A DNA stretch of 64,000 nucleotides from an uncultured Sneathiellales bacterium (lineage in GTDB: Bacteria; Pseudomonadota; Alphaproteobacteria; CAYFNG01), in contig CAYFNG010000005.1 in assembly GCA_964344385.1 (NCBI GenBank), positions 23,583 to 87,582 on the forward strand, in the 5' to 3' direction. The notes below the pieces were generated by a model. The model was given only the letters and a program-made list of their open reading frames with translations, was not told the origin of the DNA and did not search any database. Made by a program: the position numbers and the translations under genes. Shown one piece after another: positions 19,166 through 28,909 of the stretch (positions are counted from its first letter, which is position 1; the number at the start of each line of letters is the position of its first letter).

Positions 19166-20116
19166 ATGAAGGAAATTCAGCTGCATCGGGTCGACCTCAA
19201 CCTGCTGGTCGTATTTGAGGCCCTGATGCTTGAAGGCAGTGTCGTCGGGGCAGCCTCAAAGCTGAACAAGACGCCTTCGGCCGTCAGTCACGCCCTTGCC
19301 CGCCTGCGTGACCAGGTGGGGGATCCGCTTATGGTCAAAGTCGGCGGGCGGATGCAGGCCAGCCCGTTTGCACTTCAACTTATTGATGATGTCCGGCCGA
19401 TTTTGCGCAGCATCAAACGTGTGCTTGAGCTGCCGGAACCTTTTGATCCTGCCGCCAGCCAGCGCACGTTTCGAATAGCGAGTCCGATTGCGGGGCAGGT
19501 ATTGTCCGATGTCGTGAACCAAGTCGGCCGAGAAGCGCCGAACGCATCCATCGAATGGTTATCGACGCCGCGAGAAGTCTATGCAGCCGTCTCCGAGGGG
19601 ATGATTGACCTGGCGCATTTGGGTGGCGAGCGCAGCCTCCCCGATGGCCTCGAAGAAGCTGAGATGCCTGCGTTGAACTTTGTGAGTTTTGTGCGCGAAG
19701 GTCACCCAGCAATAGCGGACTGGGGACCTGAGGCCTGGCAACATTTCAACCATGTTCAGGTCGCGATTGGCAATGAGGTTCGAAGCCCCGTCGATAGCGC
19801 TGGGACAGGCGCAACTGGCGAGCGGAAGATTGGTGCCTTGATTTCCGAGTTCGCTGCTGTCGGACCACTCCTCGCCAGCAGCAACATGATTGCCACGCTT
19901 CCCACCATGATCATGGCAGGGGATATTCAGAAATACGGGCTCAGACCTATGCCATCCCTGTTACCAATCCCACCGTTCCGTGCACGCTTTTTTTGGTCGT
20001 CGCGAACCGCCAACGACCCGGCTCTGGTCTGGATTCGGGACCTCGTTCTGAACGCCTACCGCACGGCGCACGAAGAGGCCGAATCAATTGTACAGAGCGC
20101 GCTGAACGCTTCTTAA
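19166..20116 (+). CDS. LysR-family transcriptional regulator
   Basis: N-terminal wHTH LNLLVVFEALMLEGSVVGAASKLNKTPSAVSHALARLR, then an LTTR substrate-binding domain. Divergent from the NTF2-like gene. Confidence 0.85.
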   Translation: MKEIQLHRVDLNLLVVFEALMLEGSVVGAASKLNKTPSAVSHALARLRDQVGDPLMVKVGGRMQASPFALQLIDDVRPILRSIKRVLELPEPFDPAASQRTFRIASPIAGQVLSDVVNQVGREAPNASIEWLSTPREVYAAVSEGMIDLAHLGGERSLPDGLEEAEMPALNFVSFVREGHPAIADWGPEAWQHFNHVQVAIGNEVRSPVDSAGTGATGERKIGALISEFAAVGPLLASSNMIATLPTMIMAGDIQKYGLRPMPSLLPIPPFRARFFWSSRTANDPALVWIRDLVLNAYRTAHEEAESIVQSALNAS

Positions 20117-20285
20117 AAGCGGCTTTTACAAGTCGAGACTCCTCGAAACATAGAGGGCGCCGGCTTTCGCATCAGCCGTGCGATCCAGCAGAGAGGGTTT
20201 GTCTTATGATTTCTCTATCGGTCTGGAAGGACATCGAAACGGCTCGTAACCGAGGAAACAGATAACAGCTGAAAACTGGCTGACC

Positions 20286-20320
20286 ACGGGCGGAACCTGC
20301 ATTTGCCCATGGCGCGACCC
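20286..20320 (+). repeat. Direct repeat DR-R (accacGGGCGGAACCTGCATTTgCcCaTGGCGcGAC). Probable native promoter region of the ComM/YifB gene
   Basis: Same 35-bp motif as 16806-16840. Located 60 bp upstream of the 20380 start. Confidence 0.6.
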
Positions 20321-20379
20321 GCAACCAGCCTGTACCATGTTTCGGTTGTGTCTTTGTCTGTTTAACAACGCAAACCGGG

Positions 20380-21909
20380 TTGGGTGACATGGTCGCGCGG
20401 GTCAGTACGGTGGCGTTCCAAGGGATCGAAGCCAGGGACGTCGACGTCCAGGTGCAGGTGGCGTCGGGCATCCCGTCCTTCGCCATTGTCGGCCTGCCCG
20501 ACAAGGCGGTGTCGGAAGCCAAGGAGCGGGTCCGGGCCGCCCTGGGCGCGGTCGGCATGGCCTTGCCGCCGAAGCGGATCACCGTCAACCTGGCACCGGC
20601 CGACCTGCCGAAGGAGGGCAGCCACTACGACCTGCCGATCGCGGTCGGCCTGATGGTCGCGCTGGGCGTGCTGCCCGGTGATGCCATCGCCGGCTACACG
20701 GTGCTGGGGGAGCTGGCGCTGGACGGCGCGATCAGCACCGTGGCCGGAACCCTGCCGGCGGCTCTGCAGGCCTCGGCCCAGGACCGCGGCATCATCTGCC
20801 CGGCGGCGTGCGGCGGCGAGGCGGCCTGGGCCGGCGAGATCGAGGTGCTGGCACCGGCCGGCCTGTTGGCCCTAGTCAACCACTTCAAAGGATCCCAGGT
20901 GCTGAGCCCGCCGGAACCGCGCCTGGCCGATGACAACCCGAGTGTCCTGGACCTGAAGGACATCAAGGGCCAGGAGACCGCCAAGCGGGCCCTGGAAGTG
21001 GCGGCGGCCGGCGGACATAACCTGTTGATGGTGGGACCGCCCGGCGCCGGCAAGTCGATGCTGGCGGCCCGGCTGGCCGGCCTGCTGCCGCCGCTGGACG
21101 CGGCCGAGGCGTTGGAGGTCAGCATGATCGCCTCGGTCGCCGGCCTGTTGGGCGATGGCCGGTTGAGCCGCACCCGCCCGTTTCGCGACCCGCACCATTC
21201 CGCCTCGATGCCGGCGATGATCGGCGGCGGCACCAGGGCCCGGCCGGGCGAGGTCAGCCTGGCCCATCTTGGGGTTCTGTTTCTGGACGAACTGCCGGAA
21301 TTCCCGCGCCCGGTCCTGGATTCCCTGCGCCAGCCGCTGGAGACCGGCGAGGCGGTGGTGGCACGGGCCAACGCCCATATCCGCTATCCGGCCCGGGTGC
21401 AATTGGTGGCGGCAATGAACCCCTGCCGCTGCGGCTATCTGGGCGACCCGGAGCAGGCCTGCACGCGGGCGCCGCGCTGCGCCGGGGAATACCAGTCGAA
21501 GATTTCCGGCCCCTTGTTCGACCGCATCGACCTGCATGTCGAGGTCCCGGCGGTCGCCGCCACTGATTTGAGCCTGCCGCCGCCGGCCGAGGGGACGGCC
21601 GAGATCGCCGCCCGGGTCGGCCTGGCCCGCGACCTCCAGCGGACGCGCTACGCCGAACGGGGCAATGGCGCGGTCATCCGGACCAATGCCGAGGTTGACG
21701 GCGAACTGCTGATGGACGTGGCCGCCCCGGATGATGCCGGCAAGCGGCTATTGGCCGAAGCCACCGAAGCCATGCGCCTGACCGCCCGCGGCTACCACCG
21801 GGTCCTCAGGGTCGCCCGCACCCTGGCCGACCTGGAGGGCACGGACGCCGTCCGCCGCCTCCATATCGCCGAGGCCTTGAGCTACCGGCGGATCCTGTTG
21901 GGACGGTGA
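20380..21909 (+). CDS. comM: YifB/ComM-family Mg-chelatase-like AAA+ ATPase
   Basis: N-terminal Lon-SSD-like domain. Walker A GPPGAGKSM and Walker B VLFLDELPEF. C-terminal ChlI-like domain. Confidence 0.9.
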   Translation: MGDMVARVSTVAFQGIEARDVDVQVQVASGIPSFAIVGLPDKAVSEAKERVRAALGAVGMALPPKRITVNLAPADLPKEGSHYDLPIAVGLMVALGVLPGDAIAGYTVLGELALDGAISTVAGTLPAALQASAQDRGIICPAACGGEAAWAGEIEVLAPAGLLALVNHFKGSQVLSPPEPRLADDNPSVLDLKDIKGQETAKRALEVAAAGGHNLLMVGPPGAGKSMLAARLAGLLPPLDAAEALEVSMIASVAGLLGDGRLSRTRPFRDPHHSASMPAMIGGGTRARPGEVSLAHLGVLFLDELPEFPRPVLDSLRQPLETGEAVVARANAHIRYPARVQLVAAMNPCRCGYLGDPEQACTRAPRCAGEYQSKISGPLFDRIDLHVEVPAVAATDLSLPPPAEGTAEIAARVGLARDLQRTRYAERGNGAVIRTNAEVDGELLMDVAAPDDAGKRLLAEATEAMRLTARGYHRVLRVARTLADLEGTDAVRRLHIAEALSYRRILLGR

Positions 21910-21917
21910 GCCGGCCG

Positions 21918-22655
21918 TCAGGTGTGGGGAAGATTGAGAAACGACTTTAGCTGCGTGCGTTGCGGTGAGCCGGGTCCCAGGATTTGCCGTTCGGTGGCGA
22001 TCAGCGTGACCACCGCTTCGGCCTGGCCCTGCATGTCGAGGACCGGCCCGGCCAGGGCAAACAGTCCCGGGATATAGATTTCCTTGGCCTCGGCCAGGCC
22101 TTCGTCCCGGACGGATGCGCGAATTCCGGCCAAGTCCGCCGCCGTCAGGTCCGGGCGTTCCGCCTGGGCCAATGGCAGGACCATCCGGTCCGGCAGCCAG
22201 GCCGCGAAGGCGAGCCCGGTCGCCGAGCGCAACAGCGGCAGGACCGACCCCACCCCCAGGGCGGTCACCAGCGGCGGATGGGTGCGTTCCCAGCGGACCA
22301 CGGTCGGCCCCATGGTGCCGAACACAGATAACATGGCGGTGCAGCCCAGCCGCTCAACCAGCCCCGGCAGCGCATCGGCGGCGCGGTTGACCACGTCGAC
22401 CCGGGCGACGGCGGCAACCCCGATGCGGGCGGCTTCCGGCCCCAGATCGTAGCTGCCGCTGTCCCGCTGAACCACAAGGCCCGAGGCGATCAGGCTGACC
22501 AGGTAGCGGTGGACCTTGGCGGCCGGCATGGCGACCTGCGCCGCGAGATCGGATAGCGCCACCGGTCCGCCGGCATCGGCCACCGCCTTGAGGACCCGTA
22601 CCGATACCTCTACCGACTGAACGCCGCGATGACGAGCCGCAGCAATCCCATCCAT
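21918..22655 (-). CDS. IclR-family transcriptional regulator
   Basis: N-terminal wHTH (SVRVLKAVADAGGPVALSDLAAQVAMPAAKVHRYLVSL) plus a C-terminal IclR effector domain. Divergent from the aromatic-acid catabolic genes. Start trimmed to ATG 22655. Confidence 0.8.
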   Translation of the reverse strand: MDGIAAARHRGVQSVEVSVRVLKAVADAGGPVALSDLAAQVAMPAAKVHRYLVSLIASGLVVQRDSGSYDLGPEAARIGVAAVARVDVVNRAADALPGLVERLGCTAMLSVFGTMGPTVVRWERTHPPLVTALGVGSVLPLLRSATGLAFAAWLPDRMVLPLAQAERPDLTAADLAGIRASVRDEGLAEAKEIYIPGLFALAGPVLDMQGQAEAVVTLIATERQILGPGSPQRTQLKSFLNLPHT

Positions 22656-22807
22656 GTCGCGTTTCCCTTTTGCTGTGTCGTCACACCATACGTGCTTCCA
22701 GGCAAGCCGGCACCGAATAGCCGGCTTCCCGAGTCCACTTGACAAATTATATAATACGTAAATAATTACGCAATAAGTAACTACAGATCCGATATAGGGG
22801 AGTGGAC

Positions 22808-23944
22808 ATGCAGATTTCCGTCATTGGCGGTGGCCCGGCCGGATTGTACGCGGCGATCCTGATCCGACGCGCCCGCCCCGATATCGAGGTTCGGGTTTTC
22901 GAGCAGAACCCCGCCGACGCCACCTGGGGGTTTGGCGTCGTCTTTTCCGACCAGGCCCTTGCCTTCCTTAAGGCGGATGACGCCGAGACCGCGGACCTGA
23001 TCGAACCGCAAATGAAACGGTGGTCGGATATCGCGGTGGTCCACCGGGGTGAGCGCATCACCATCGACGGCGTCGGTTTTGCCGGTATCGGACGGTTGAA
23101 ACTGCTCCGGCTGCTGCAGCGCCGTGCCAAGGACCTGGGCATTGCCGTCGCGTTCGAACAGCGGTGGGACGATGTCGCCGGGCTCGACGCCGATCTGGTC
23201 ATCGGTGCCGATGGCTTGAATTCCGTCGTGCGTGCCTCGGCCGATTTCGGGGAACGCATCGAAACGAAACGCAATCAATTCGTCTGGTACGGCACCGAGC
23301 GGGAGTTCGATGCGCTGACCCAGACTTTCATCGACACGGAATACGGCGCCATGAACGCGCACCACTACGCCTATGCGCCGGGTCGAGCGACGTTCATCAT
23401 CGAAATGCCGCCAGAGGTCTTCGCCCGTACCGGTTTTGCCGACATGCCGGAACCGGAATACCGCCAGGTTTGCGAACGCCTGTTCGCCGACACGCTGGAC
23501 AGCGCGGCCCTGGTCGCCAACAACTCGATCTGGCGCCAGTTCCCCGATCTCACCTGTTCCCGCTGGCACGTCGGCAACCGGGTGCTGGTCGGCGACGCCC
23601 TGCATACCGCCCATTTTTCGATCGGTTCCGGCACAAGGCTGGCGCTGGAAGATGTCATCGCATTGGTCAAGGCGTTAAGGGACGCCGACTGGGACGTCGG
23701 CCGGGCCCTGCCGGCCTACCAGGCCAACCGCAAGCCGATCCTGGACAAACTGGTCGCCGCCGCCAGGACGTCGTGCGATTGGTACGAGGATTTCCCGGAC
23801 CACATGGCCCTCGACCCCTGGCGGTTTGCGCTTTCCTATATTCGGCGGGCCGGGCGACTGGACGTCACCCGGTTGAGCGAACTGGCGCCCCGCTTCACCC
23901 GCGCCCTGAAAGAGCGCGGGATCGACCCGGAGGCGGCGGCATGA
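22808..23944 (+). CDS. FAD-dependent aromatic-ring hydroxylase (group A flavoprotein monooxygenase; salicyloyl-/aroyl-CoA hydroxylase-like)
   Basis: GxGxxG ISVIGGGPAGLYAA, the DG motif LVIGADGLNSVVR and GD motif VLVGDALHTAHFSIGSGT. RBS AGGGGAG. The stop overlaps the ligase start (ATGA). Confidence 0.8.
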   Translation: MQISVIGGGPAGLYAAILIRRARPDIEVRVFEQNPADATWGFGVVFSDQALAFLKADDAETADLIEPQMKRWSDIAVVHRGERITIDGVGFAGIGRLKLLRLLQRRAKDLGIAVAFEQRWDDVAGLDADLVIGADGLNSVVRASADFGERIETKRNQFVWYGTEREFDALTQTFIDTEYGAMNAHHYAYAPGRATFIIEMPPEVFARTGFADMPEPEYRQVCERLFADTLDSAALVANNSIWRQFPDLTCSRWHVGNRVLVGDALHTAHFSIGSGTRLALEDVIALVKALRDADWDVGRALPAYQANRKPILDKLVAAARTSCDWYEDFPDHMALDPWRFALSYIRRAGRLDVTRLSELAPRFTRALKERGIDPEAAA

Positions 23945-25494
23945 ACCATCCCACGATCGAGGCGTTGGCCCGGCAAGTCGGCTTCGACCTGCCGCAACGC
24001 TACAATGCGTCCCGCCTCCTGTGGGACAACCTCGACAAGAACGCCGACCGCCCCGCCATCCTGCACGACAGCGGCACCTGGTCCTATGCCCAATTGGCGG
24101 CGGACGCCGCCCAAATCGGCAACCACCTGCGCACCCTGTCAAAGCCGGGCGATCGCGTCCTGCTGTTCATGGACGACGAGCCGGTCTATCCGGCCGCCAT
24201 CATGGGTGCGATGCGGGCGGGCCTGGTGCCGATCCTTGCCAACACCCTGTCGCCGCAAGACCAAATCCGTTTCTTCCTGGACGACAGCGGCGCCACGGCC
24301 TGCATCGTGTCGGACAGTTTTCGCGACCTGTTTAGCCGCGAGATTGTCGACGGCACCGCCTGTCACCAGGTTCTCTACGCTGGCGATCGGCCGTGGCGCG
24401 ACGCGGCGACCGAACTCGCCCCCCACCCGACCGACCGCCGGGACCCGGCCTTCTGGATGTATTCCTCCGGCTCCACCGGGCGGCCCAAGGGGGTGGTACA
24501 CCGGCACGAAGATGCCGCCTATACCGCCGCGACCTACGCGGCGGAAATCCTGCGGATCGCCCCCGGCGACATCTGTTTTTCGGTGCCCAAGATTTTCTTC
24601 GCCTATGGCTTCGGCAACGCCGTGACCTTCCCCATGAGCCGGGGCGCCGCCGCCGTGCTGATGTCCGGCCGCCCCGATCCAGCCCGGGTGTTCGATCAGA
24701 TCGCGCGGCATCGCCCCACCATCTTCTTCGGCCTGCCGACCCTGTACACCGCGCTGGCCCACAGCGCGCCGGCGAAATCGGCGGACCTCGGCTCGGTCCG
24801 GCTGTGCGTTTCCGCGGCCGAAATCCTGTCCGACGAAATTGCCGGCCTGTGGCGGTCCCGCTTTGGCCTGGACATCGTCGAGGGGCTGGGCTCAACTGAG
24901 ATGCTGCACATTTACCTGTCGAACGACGCGGTTCGACGGAAACCGGGCTCCGCCGGCCGGGCGGTCCCCGGCTATGCGGTGCGGCTGATCACACCGGACG
25001 GCCGCGAAGCCGGGCCAGGCGAAGAGGGCGTCATGGAAGTCCGCGGCCTGTCCGGCGCCGAGACCTATTGGAACCGGCCGGACAAGACGGCTGAAACCAT
25101 GCGGGACGGCTGGCTGGTCACCGGCGACTGTTTCGTCAGGGACGCCGACGGTTACTATTTCTTCAAGGGCCGGGCCGATGACCTGGTCAAAGTGTCGGGT
25201 CAGTGGGTGTACCCGCTTGAGATTGAACTGGCTCTCAATGACCACCCGAAAGTGCGGGAATGCTGCGTCCAGGCGGTCGAACTGGCCGACCGCAGGCTGA
25301 CCATCGCGGCCTGGGTCGTCCCCGCCACCGGGATCGGCAGCGGCCCGGACCTGACCAGGGAGCTCCAGGACTACGCAAAAGCCACCTTGTTGCCCCACAA
25401 ATATCCCCGCGAAATCATATACTTGGCGGAACTTCCGAAAACCGGGACCGACAAGATCGACCGGCAGGCCCTGCGCCGTTCAAGGCCGGACTGA
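23941..25494 (+). CDS. Aromatic acid--CoA ligase (benzoate-CoA ligase family, AMP-forming)
   Basis: AMP-binding motif YSSGSTGRPKGVVHRH. BCL-family N-terminus. Conserved C-terminal Lys region (PKTGTDKIDR). Confidence 0.85.
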   Translation: MNHPTIEALARQVGFDLPQRYNASRLLWDNLDKNADRPAILHDSGTWSYAQLAADAAQIGNHLRTLSKPGDRVLLFMDDEPVYPAAIMGAMRAGLVPILANTLSPQDQIRFFLDDSGATACIVSDSFRDLFSREIVDGTACHQVLYAGDRPWRDAATELAPHPTDRRDPAFWMYSSGSTGRPKGVVHRHEDAAYTAATYAAEILRIAPGDICFSVPKIFFAYGFGNAVTFPMSRGAAAVLMSGRPDPARVFDQIARHRPTIFFGLPTLYTALAHSAPAKSADLGSVRLCVSAAEILSDEIAGLWRSRFGLDIVEGLGSTEMLHIYLSNDAVRRKPGSAGRAVPGYAVRLITPDGREAGPGEEGVMEVRGLSGAETYWNRPDKTAETMRDGWLVTGDCFVRDADGYYFFKGRADDLVKVSGQWVYPLEIELALNDHPKVRECCVQAVELADRRLTIAAWVVPATGIGSGPDLTRELQDYAKATLLPHKYPREIIYLAELPKTGTDKIDRQALRRSRPD

Positions 25495-25570
25495 CCGGAA
25501 AACGGTACCGGTTCCATCGAAGGTCCGCTTCGGCGAAAACCGGTTCAGTCCCACGCCCCCGGCTTTTACG

Positions 25571-25585
25571 GTTAACAACTTGTTA
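25571..25585. promoter_or_regulatory. Palindrome TTAACAA-c-TTGTTAA upstream of the OM beta-barrel gene (candidate regulator binding site)
   Basis: Perfect 7-1-7 inverted repeat ~65 bp upstream of ATG 25651. Confidence 0.3.
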
Positions 25586-25650
25586 AGCAATTCTGCCTAG
25601 CGTGAGGCCACGGAAGCGTTCTTTCGTCGTAAGCAATCGGGGGATCTACC

Positions 25651-26316
25651 ATGACATCGACGCGTGCATTGCTGCTTGGCGCATCCATGCTGGCCATGAC
25701 CGCTGCGGCCACGCCGGCATTGGCTGAAAACGGCCGTTCCGTCGCCTTCGGGCTCGGGGTCGGTACGCTTGGTGCCGGCGCCTCGATTTCCACGCGGTTG
25801 AACGACTATCTGGTGTTGGGCGTCAACGGTAACTATTTTGCCTTGTCCAAGACTGTCGACTATGGCGGTCTGTCGTACAGCGGTGACCTGGAACTGGCGA
25901 CCGCCGGGCTGGTGGCCGATTTCCACCCCTTCAAGTCCGGCTTCATGATCTCGGTCGGGGTCTACTGGAACGGCAACAACGCCGATTTCGACGTCACGCC
26001 GACCAACAACGTGGTGATCGGCGGCACCACCTATACCCCGGCCCAGGCCGGCCGCCTGGACGGGCGGGTCGAGTTCGACAACGCCGCCCCGTTCCTTGGC
26101 ATCGGTTGGGACGGCGCGCTGTATGGCAAGTCCAGCTTCTCGTTCGTCGCCCGCCTGGGTGTCCTCTACCAGGGTGAGGCCAAGGTAACCCTGACCTCGA
26201 GCGGTACTGTCTCGAACGCCGATATCGCCACCGAAACCGCCCAGATCCGATCGGATATCGAAGACAATCTGGAGTTCTATCCGGTGCTGTTCTTCGGCGT
26301 CAAAATCCCCTTCTAA
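25651..26316 (+). CDS. Small outer-membrane beta-barrel protein (OmpW/OmpA-like 8-strand family)
   Basis: Sec signal peptide (…AATPALA), alternating amphipathic beta strands, and a terminal aromatic (…FFGVKIPF). Confidence 0.7.
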   Translation: MTSTRALLLGASMLAMTAAATPALAENGRSVAFGLGVGTLGAGASISTRLNDYLVLGVNGNYFALSKTVDYGGLSYSGDLELATAGLVADFHPFKSGFMISVGVYWNGNNADFDVTPTNNVVIGGTTYTPAQAGRLDGRVEFDNAAPFLGIGWDGALYGKSSFSFVARLGVLYQGEAKVTLTSSGTVSNADIATETAQIRSDIEDNLEFYPVLFFGVKIPF

Positions 26317-26395
26317 CCCTGGCGCCCGGCACCGCCGGGGCACGTGCTTGACAAGCCGCGGCACCCATGCAGACATGCGGCCTGGGTGAACACAA

Positions 26396-27520
26396 ATGCG
26401 CGGCGAGGACAAGTTGAAGATCGGGGTTCCACGTGAAATCAAGCCACAGGAAGGCCGGGTCGCGTTGCTGCCGGCCGAAGTCGAGGCACTGACCCAAGCC
26501 GGCCACGCGGTCACCGTCGAGCGCGGCGCCGGTCACGCCTCGGAAGCCGGCGACGATGCCTATCGGGCGGCCGGCGCCCAGCTGGCCGATGACGGAGCGG
26601 CGGTGTTCGCCGCGGCCCAACTGATCGTCAAGGTCAAGGAGATCCTGCCCCCCGAATACCCGTATCTGCGGGCCGATCACACCATCCTGACCAACATCCA
26701 TGGCGCCGCCAACCGGGACGAGCTGGACCAGCTCCTGACCGCCGGCCTGACCGCCATCGCGGCCGAGGACACCCACCAGCACGGTTCGCCCAATTGCGCC
26801 CTGGCCGGCGAGGTCGGCGCTTTCGAGGGCCTGCGCCTGACCCTGGCTCCCCATGGCGGGTCGGGACGCCATTTCATGCGCCAGTTCGGGGCACCGCCGG
26901 TCGAAGCCCTGGTGTTGGGGCTCGGCCATGTCGGACGCGGCGCCCTGCGCACGCTGTTGAGCCTGGGCGTCGCGGTGACCGGCCTCGACATCGACGCCGG
27001 CGCCCGCAGCCGTGCGGCACGCGATTGGCCCAATGCCGGCTTGAGCATCGACGATATCGGCACGCTCGACGCCTATCTCGGCCAGGCCGACCTGGTGGTC
27101 AATTGCGTGCTGTGGCCCAAGCACCGCGACGATCATCTGATCGCCCGCAGCCAGCTCGGCCGGATGAAGCCGGGCGCGGTGATCGCCGACATCTCCTGCG
27201 ACGAGGGCGGCGCGGTCGAAACCTGCCGCGCCACGACCTGGGCCGACCCGGTCTATATGGTCGACGGCATCCGCCATTTCTGCGTCGACAACATCCCCGG
27301 TGCGGTGCCGGTTGCCGCATCAGCCGGCTATGCCCAGGCGCTGCTGCCCAAGGTCATGGCGATCGCCGAACTGGGCCCGCTGGAGGCCTGTGCCCGCGAC
27401 CCCTGGCTGGCTCGCGGCCTGACCTGCGCGGATGGCGTCCTGACCCACGCCGAATCCGCCCGGGTCCAGAACCGCGACCACGTGCCGGTCGATGAATTCC
27501 TTACCGGTCGCGCCTCGTGA
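26396..27520 (+). CDS. Alanine dehydrogenase/PNT-family NAD(P)-dependent dehydrogenase (N5-carboxyethyl-ornithine synthase-like)
   Basis: AlaDH/PNT N-terminal domain (LKIGVPREIKPQEGRVALLP) and Rossmann motif LVLGLGHVGRGA. Confidence 0.7.
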   Translation: MRGEDKLKIGVPREIKPQEGRVALLPAEVEALTQAGHAVTVERGAGHASEAGDDAYRAAGAQLADDGAAVFAAAQLIVKVKEILPPEYPYLRADHTILTNIHGAANRDELDQLLTAGLTAIAAEDTHQHGSPNCALAGEVGAFEGLRLTLAPHGGSGRHFMRQFGAPPVEALVLGLGHVGRGALRTLLSLGVAVTGLDIDAGARSRAARDWPNAGLSIDDIGTLDAYLGQADLVVNCVLWPKHRDDHLIARSQLGRMKPGAVIADISCDEGGAVETCRATTWADPVYMVDGIRHFCVDNIPGAVPVAASAGYAQALLPKVMAIAELGPLEACARDPWLARGLTCADGVLTHAESARVQNRDHVPVDEFLTGRAS

Positions 27521-28851
27521 ATCGCTGGCTGCACGCCTTTGCCGACTACCGGGAGCCGCGCATTGTCGCGATGCTGTTCCTCGGTTTCGCCTCCGGCCTG
27601 CCACTGGCGCTCACCTTCAGCACCCTGACCATCTGGCTCGCCGAGCTCGGGATCAGCAAGTCGACGGTCGGTCTGTTCGCATCCCTCGGCACGCCTTATG
27701 CCCTGAAATTCCTCTGGGCACCCTTGATCGACCAGCTGCCGCTGCTGGGATTGACCCGCCGTTTCGGACGCCGGCGCGGTTGGATATTGCTGACCCAGTT
27801 CGCCCTGATCGCCAGCATTTTGGCGCTCGGGTCCTGGGACCCCGCCATCGATATCTGGCTGACCGCCCTGCTCGCCTTCACCGTGGCATTTTGTTCCGCC
27901 AGCCAGGATATCGTGATCGACGCCTATCGGGTCGAGATCCTGGACCGTGAGCAATACGCCGCCGGCGCCGGTGCGCAGGTGTTCGGCTACCGGATCGCCA
28001 TGCTGGTGTCGGGAGCCGGGGCACTGTATGTCGCCGAGTTCGGCAATTGGTTCATCGCCTATGCGGTGATGTCCGGGCTGATGCTCATCGGCGTGATCAC
28101 GGTGTTGGTGAGCAGGGAGCCTGAAGACAGTGGTGAAAGTGAACGTGACGCCCGCCTAGCCGAAGCCAACGCCTATTTGGAAACCCGGCCCGAACTGGGC
28201 GGTCGCAAGGGAATTGCGATCGCCTGGCTCTATGTCGCCGTCGTTTGTCCGTTCGCGGATTTTCTCAAGCGGTCGGGGCCCATGGCCATCGTCGTGCTGG
28301 GTTTTGTCGTGTGTTTCAAGTTGGGCGACAGCCTTGCCGGAATAATGACCAACCCTTTCCTGATTGAACTCGGTTTCAGCAAGATCGACATCGCCAACGT
28401 GTCCAAGCTGTACGGCTTCGCGGCCACGATTATCGGCCTGGCGCTCGGACACTGGCTGTACGAGAGGGTCGGCATGGTGCGCAGCCTGTGGATCTGCGGT
28501 TTCCTGCAAATGGGATCGAACCTGATGTTCGCCGTCCAGGCGGAAGTCGGTGCCGATATCAACGTGTTGGCGTTGACCATCGGCATCGAGAACCTAGCCG
28601 GCGGCATGGGGACGACGGTGTTCGTCGCCTACCTTTCCAGCCTCTGCAACATCACTTATACGGCGACGCAATACGCGTTGCTCAGCTCGCTGTTCGCCGT
28701 CCCCCGGACCTTGATTTCATCCGGCTCCGGCTTCATCGCCGAAATGATGAGCTGGACCGATTTCTTCATCGGCACCTTTTTCGCCGCCATCCCCGGGCTG
28801 ATCCTGCTGTGGTTGATGGCCCGTCCCGGTGCGGTGACCCGGCCCGACTGA
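27517..28851 (+). CDS. ampG: Muropeptide permease AmpG (MFS)
   Basis: Characteristic N-terminus ...YREPRIVAMLFLGFASGLPLALTFSTLTIWLAELGISKSTVG. 12-14 TM. 4-nt overlap with the preceding gene. Confidence 0.85.
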   Translation: MNRWLHAFADYREPRIVAMLFLGFASGLPLALTFSTLTIWLAELGISKSTVGLFASLGTPYALKFLWAPLIDQLPLLGLTRRFGRRRGWILLTQFALIASILALGSWDPAIDIWLTALLAFTVAFCSASQDIVIDAYRVEILDREQYAAGAGAQVFGYRIAMLVSGAGALYVAEFGNWFIAYAVMSGLMLIGVITVLVSREPEDSGESERDARLAEANAYLETRPELGGRKGIAIAWLYVAVVCPFADFLKRSGPMAIVVLGFVVCFKLGDSLAGIMTNPFLIELGFSKIDIANVSKLYGFAATIIGLALGHWLYERVGMVRSLWICGFLQMGSNLMFAVQAEVGADINVLALTIGIENLAGGMGTTVFVAYLSSLCNITYTATQYALLSSLFAVPRTLISSGSGFIAEMMSWTDFFIGTFFAAIPGLILLWLMARPGAVTRPD

Positions 28852-28909
28852 CTTGACTCGCGCCTCAGCCGGTTTAGGCTGATGGCCGTGAACCAGACAG
28901 GAGACGATC

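Larger units (their letters stand above)
16841..20285. other. ~3.5-kb lower-GC (~55%) segment bounded by direct repeats. Carries DUF1330, a small protein, a Tat-secreted NTF2-like protein and a LysR regulator
   Basis: Visibly AT-richer than the flanks. Bounded by ~30-bp imperfect direct repeats. No integrase or transposase inside. Confidence 0.5.

Noticed and set aside
23164-23940. Upstream in-frame extension making the CoA ligase ORF 776 aa
   Set aside because: The extension is read in a different frame through the monooxygenase gene and is Arg/Pro-rich, a typical GC-rich out-of-frame artefact. The true start is ATG 23941, coupled to the monooxygenase stop.
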